Shown: positions 59,201 to 64,000 of the stretch, in pieces
Layout of the letters: every line of letters begins with the position of its first letter
Position numbering within the stretch: the stretch's first letter is position 1
Assembly (NCBI RefSeq): GCF_009914755.1
Contig: NC_060927.1
DNA length: 64,000 nucleotides
Source: the human T2T-CHM13v2.0 reference genome, Homo sapiens
Direction: 5' to 3' (one strand)
Notes under the pieces: model-generated
Database searches by the model: none
What the model was told of the DNA's origin: nothing
What the model saw: the letters and a program-made list of their open reading frames with translations, nothing else
Position numbers and translations under genes: made by a program

Positions 59201-61233
59201 AGGAGGCACTCCTTGGGTGGTGTCTGTGGGGCACCAGGAGACCAAGAGAACCTACCTAGGTAAGAGAAGGTGTACACTATTCCAACTACTCTCTCGCTGC
59301 TTTCTGGGATTCTCACATGTATTCCTTCCAGTACCTCATATACCTGAAGCCTCCATCACTCACCTCTGCAAAGGAATCAAACTGGGAAAGCCACAAAACC
59401 AAGACCAGCAGTGTTACCTGCCACACCTGTGAGGGATGTTTGGGTCACATAAGGCCCCAATTCTTACCAGCTGAGTCCTCTAAGCTAGCTGCCTCCACTG
59501 TCCCTACCTCTCTGTAATACCTGTAATACCTACCTCTCTCTAGAGATCCCGCCCCTAAGAGAAGGAAAGAGACTCATGTGCCTGCCCCATCCAGCCAGGG
59601 CCCCTGCAAGTCAGTGTCCCTCCCACCTATCCCCTAACAAGATGGAGGCCATTCAGCTAAGACAGCCTGACTACTACCCAGAGAAATCTGCCTTCGGCTC
59701 TTGGGTGTCTCCTCTGAAATGTTCTCAGTTCTCTGCAGTTCACCTTCTGTTTAGAAAAACTCACAAAATACTACACAGTGTTCCTCAGTTACTTTCCTAG
59801 TTGGAGAAAGTCGGGAAATATGTTGTTTTATGTTCTTGATTCCTTCCCGTGGAAGTTAGCAAAACAGCGTATGCTGTAAGTAATCTAAAGTCACAGTCAC
59901 TCCGGGATGTGTCTCCTACACGTCTTCAGAAGCTTATCTCTCCTCTCCCTTTTCTTACTGTTCCTCGGTTTCTCAATCTTATGCCAGTGATTTAAAAATT
60001 CACAAAATAAGGCATTTTGCGATAATGGGAATACTGTTGAATATGAAATTGAGTTTTTACAGGAGAACTTGATTTTTAAAAATCCAAACTTTTTCTTATT
60101 TAACTCTAAGAAGCACCTCTAGGTTGGAGGAAGCAAGCTAATTCACGTGCCAGAAAGTCTGCATGAGATGAGAAACTTAAATGAATTGTCAATTATGCAG
60201 ACAAAAAACTCAACTTTCAGGGAAACTCCAAATCAATGTCCAGTGTTGCAAGCAACCCAGCTTATTTGAATAGCCCGGACAGAGCATATGCCCTGTGTCA
60301 CTCACAGGAAGGCAAAGGCTAACACCACCACGTTGCTGACTTTGTTCAAAGCACTTTCCATTTATTTTTACTTTCATTTTGTCACATCATCACTAGGAGG
60401 CTAGAAGGAACAGGGATCATCACTTTCATTTCACAGATGGAGAAAGTGAGCGCAAAGAGACAGCAGTCCCAAGGTCATAATGGTATTATAGTTAGAATTC
60501 CACTCAGTATGTGGCATATTTTTCCAGATCATAAGAAAGAACTGGACACAAAGGTAGCAGGGAGAAGAGGTCAGTTCCTTCTCTCTGCGTGGGACAGGCG
60601 GTGGCTACCACGGAGCAACAGTTCATTGGGAAAGGAAAGGGGAGGGAGGAGGCTCAGGGATGGTCCTGTATCAGCCTGTGCCTTGCAGGGGTTCAACCAT
60701 GCAACCCCAACCGCGTTCCTTTGCTTTTAAGTCGAACCAGTAGAGCGTTTTGTTTCAAACTACGTACATCCTTTGTCCTTTACAATATCCCGTCCTAGAA
60801 CCCCTTAAAAATCAGTTATTTAGATGAGAAAGTCGAGCCCTGTACCTGGAGAGGCCAGTTCTGTATAGCGGAAAAAATGAAACTGGGGACCGGCTGGCCA
60901 GATATCGGAGGTGGGAGAGATGCTTTGCAGTCTTTTTCCCTTTCCTTTCCATTTTTTTTAAAGTGGGGTGGAAGAGATACAGGGTACCCCATAGGAAATA
61001 AGTTTTCTTCCAAAGGGTTGGAGGAGAACGGGATAGTCACACCCCTCAGTCCAGCCAACTGCGAAAGCGTCCCTCCCTACCCGCCGACCCTCAGGGTCCC
61101 GCACACGCCGGGCGAGGAGCCCCCACCCTGGGTCGCGCCGCGCGGAGGGGCCTACGGCTGGGGATGCAGCCCGGGGCGCGCCCACGCCCCCAGCACAGAC
61201 TGGCCAGGCGCCAGGTTCCCGGCTCTCACTCAC

Positions 61234-61549
61234 CCGCGCTCCCGCCTCTGGGGGCCCGGCCGGAGGGTCCCCGCTGTGTCGCGGCGCCTGGCTCAGGGGC
61301 CCTGTAGCTGGGGCCGGGGGTCGCGGGCCCGCGGCGCTCCCGGGGCGGCGTGGGCGGCGGCTCGCGCTCCGGGCGGCGCTCCAGCTGCAGCTCCAGCCCC
61401 GCTCCCGCGAGGGGCGCCAGGCTCAGCGCGCGGCGAGCCGGGGAAGGCGGCGGGTCCCGCGTCCCGGGGGCCGCCGGCGGCAGCAGCAGCAGCGGCAGCA
61501 ACAGCAGCAGGAGCGGCGGCGGCCACCGCGAGGCGCGCGGCGAGGCCAT
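61234..61549 (-). CDS. HEG1: HEG1 coding exon 1 (signal peptide + Pro/Arg-rich N-terminus), 316 nt
   Basis: ATG at 61549 in strong Kozak GCCGTCACCATGG; Leu-rich signal peptide; donor GCGG|gtgagt. Confidence 0.96.
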
Positions 61550-61570
61550 GGTGACGGCGCCCGCCCGCGC

Positions 61571-61576
61571 TCACAT
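61571..61576 (-). promoter_or_regulatory. Start-stop uORF (ATG TGA) in HEG1 5' UTR
   Basis: Plus-strand tcacat = ATGTGA on minus, 21 nt upstream of the main ATG. Confidence 0.7.
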
Positions 61577-61594
61577 GCCCGGCGCGCGGGGCGA

Positions 61595-61629
61595 GGGCAG
61601 CGGGCAGCGGGCAGCGGGCAGCGGGCGGC
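61595..61629. repeat. 7-bp tandem repeat (GGGCAGC)4 + 1 imperfect copy, in the 5' UTR
   Basis: Directly visible. Confidence 0.9.
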
Positions 61630-64000
61630 GGGGGCCGCGCGGGGCCGGGGAAGTGAGCGGAGTGAGGCTGCGAGCGCGCTCCCCGCCTCAAAAGTTATCG
61701 GGAGCCGCGGGAGGGCTGCCGGGGGCCGGGCTGGCTGGGCGGAGGCGGCCCGCGGCGCCGCTACATGCTAATTAGCCCGGGCGGGTCGCTGGCTGGCGGG
61801 CGGCTCCTCCTCAGTTGACATCACCGGCCCCGCGCGGCGGGCCCGGAGGCGGGGAGAGGGCAGGAAGGGGGCTGGGGCCGGGCGCCTGGAGAGCGGCCCG
61901 GCCCGGGACAGCGGGATGAGGTCAGCGGAGCCACGGTGCTGCAACTTTTGTCACACACATGCTCCAGAGTCTTCTGAATCGGGCACCACCTACCCAACTC
62001 CTTAAACGCACAAGAAGTAGGTGAAAAGCAGGTCCTGGGTAATGTGATTAGCACCAGACTAGATTATCCCAAGTGCTTTGATAGGAGAGAGAAAGGGAAC
62101 GGTCCCCTGGTACCCAGCCCGCGCTGTCACCGCCGTTATTGATTTGAAGTGTCCCCACTCCCACCCCCACCTCCCCTTCTTCAGGCCCCAGGGCTGGTGA
62201 TGAGCTCGTGTTTGCCAAACCTAACACCTCACCCTCCGGCCAACGCGAGAATCCGAGTATCCCCCACGCCCTCTCAAGCTTGGATGCCGTTCCCATCCGA
62301 CCACTGCCTTTGGCTCACACCAGAGTTCTGCAGAGATGTCACCGCGAGGACACCCAAACAGGCTGCAGGGAAAAGAAAACTGTGAATTCAGGCAGGCTAG
62401 GGCAAACTCATCATCAGGAAAAGAACTGCAGATCGCAAATTAAACCAAATGATGCCCAGAGAACACAGAATTTTAAATGGAAACCTATGGGGAAAGATTC
62501 AAAGATTTCATGTAAACAAATTTTCTTGGTCAATAAAGTTCCATTTGTTTCCATAACCTCTCCCTCCCCAGTAAATGAATAATAAACTGTCTAAAGTTTA
62601 GGACTGTAAGCCACCTCATTAAGTGAAGAAAGAGGGGCTCAAATGGGAAAATAACTTGCTCAAGATTCTGAAGGTAGACCCGAAGACGAAATGATTGATC
62701 TGTGAATGACCATGTGATATTATTAATTCTGGTCTCCTAATTCAGAGTTTGCAATAATTCGCAAACGGAAACAAATAGTATTGCAACAGAAACAAATGTT
62801 GCAGCTCCTTGGGGTTCTTGCGAGTTCTGTTGGGGGCCCCTGTCTGACAACCAAATGCTCGTGAAAATATGAGTATGCACCTCACTGTCAGGCCTGGCTC
62901 TCCATCCTATTTCTCTGCTCTTCTCTTTTTCTCTGTCTCCAGATCTCCATGACCCACCTCCAGGAGAATGAGATCGTAGTGTCCAGGGCAGCTGCAGATG
63001 GGCCTAGGCCCACTTTCTGGTGACTCAGTACAAGTGAGTCATTTGGCAGAAAAACATAAAGGAGGCTGTGTATAAACAAACTCACCTTAAATGAGAGAAT
63101 GAGGAGTAAAGATTTGGTTTTATTTTGTTTTGTTTTTAAACAAACCAGCTTTCCAGGGCTCTAACACAGAACTTCCAGGTCTCTCCAAGAAAGTACCAAA
63201 CAGTAATCTCCCTGAAACTGACTTGGTTTGCTCCCATGGCCTGAGCTTAACTTCTCTGGATGCTGCTCTCACATTAACAGGCAGGACTGCACAGCTGCCC
63301 AGACCCAGCCAGACAAGCCCCAACAGACTAGGACTGTGCTCAGAGGTTCTGGTCACTGCCACTCCCTCCCCTCCAAGGAGACCATGTCACATAGTACTGG
63401 TTGCACTCCCAGGCAAGTGGAAAGGTTTAAGGGTAGAATGGCCCTTACAGGCTTCTCGTGTGGATTCAGGGATCCTATGAGATAATCTGCCTTCTCTACT
63501 AAGACCCAAGGAGTAAACATGTACCTGCCACCTCCCCCCAATCCTCCCCCACCCCCCAATCCCACCCCACTTTAAGTACCACAGGTTTATCTCTCTCTAA
63601 TCTTCTCTCTGCCTTCTAAGAGAAATGACCGAGTTCAGGGTAACTGTCAGCTAGAAAGGGCTTAACCAGCAGATTAGGAGAGGGACACACAGGGAGAACT
63701 TGGAAAGATTGATCAAGGTGTAGATGGATTTCAGCTCTTTTTCTTCTCCTCCTAAGGCAGAACAAGAGAAAACAGCAAGACAGCAAGAGAGAACTGGATG
63801 CAGTATAGAACCTTGGAAAGAACAGTTGACTTGGTCCTAGAGCCCTTGCTTCTTTTCTGGCCTTTACCACTGTTTAATTGTGTGATTGGGCCATAGTTTC
63901 CAATCTCTAAAACAAAGATGGTCCTGGATGATTGCTAAGGAGTGTTCTAGCTCTGATGTTTTAGAGTTCAGTAAAGAACTTCTGGCACAGTAGCAAGGAG

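Larger units (their letters stand above)
61060..61940. promoter_or_regulatory. CpG island / HEG1 promoter and 5' UTR
   Basis: Very high GC and CpG density around exon 1; GC boxes (gggcgg), ETS-like ggaagtg at ~61649-61655, Inr-like TCACTTC/TCACTCC on the minus strand at ~61654/61663. Confidence 0.9.

Noticed and set aside
60877-61775. Long plus-strand ORFs (225 aa, 141 aa) and minus ORF 61293-61691 over exon 1
   Set aside because: Stop-poor GC-rich CpG island; low-complexity Ala/Gly/Arg; the minus ORF starts at TTG in another frame.

Overview
Human (primate) genomic DNA containing the 5' part of HEG1 (heart-of-glass; mucin/EGF type-I membrane protein) on the minus strand. It runs from the CpG-island promoter (~61.1-61.9 kb) and start ATG (61549) through canonical coding exons 1-12 (last at 3301-3435). 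The transmembrane and cytoplasmic exons lie beyond position 1. All exon boundaries were read from GT/AG sites and join in one open frame (3652 nt for canonical exons 1-12). Introns hold about 20 Alus (one essentially pristine AluYa5 with a 16-bp TSD), old L1/L2/MIR fragments, an ERVL-type solo LTR and hAT MITEs. Main observations: (1) exons 3, 4, 5, an extra 300-nt cassette exon and the start of exon 6 look like ancient tandem duplicates of one phase-1 module with a position-conserved G-[EP]-R motif; (2) the Thr1039 allele completes a POFUT1 O-fucose consensus in an EGF repeat that also carries POGLUT1 and POGLUT2/3 consensus sites; (3) an AUG-UGA start-stop element lies 21 nt before the main start; (4) intronic polyadenylation after exon 6 would give a secreted mucin-only isoform; (5) exons 9-11 resemble a non-cleaving SEA-like domain. 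Gene identity, reference alleles and repeat subfamilies are from memory, not database searches.
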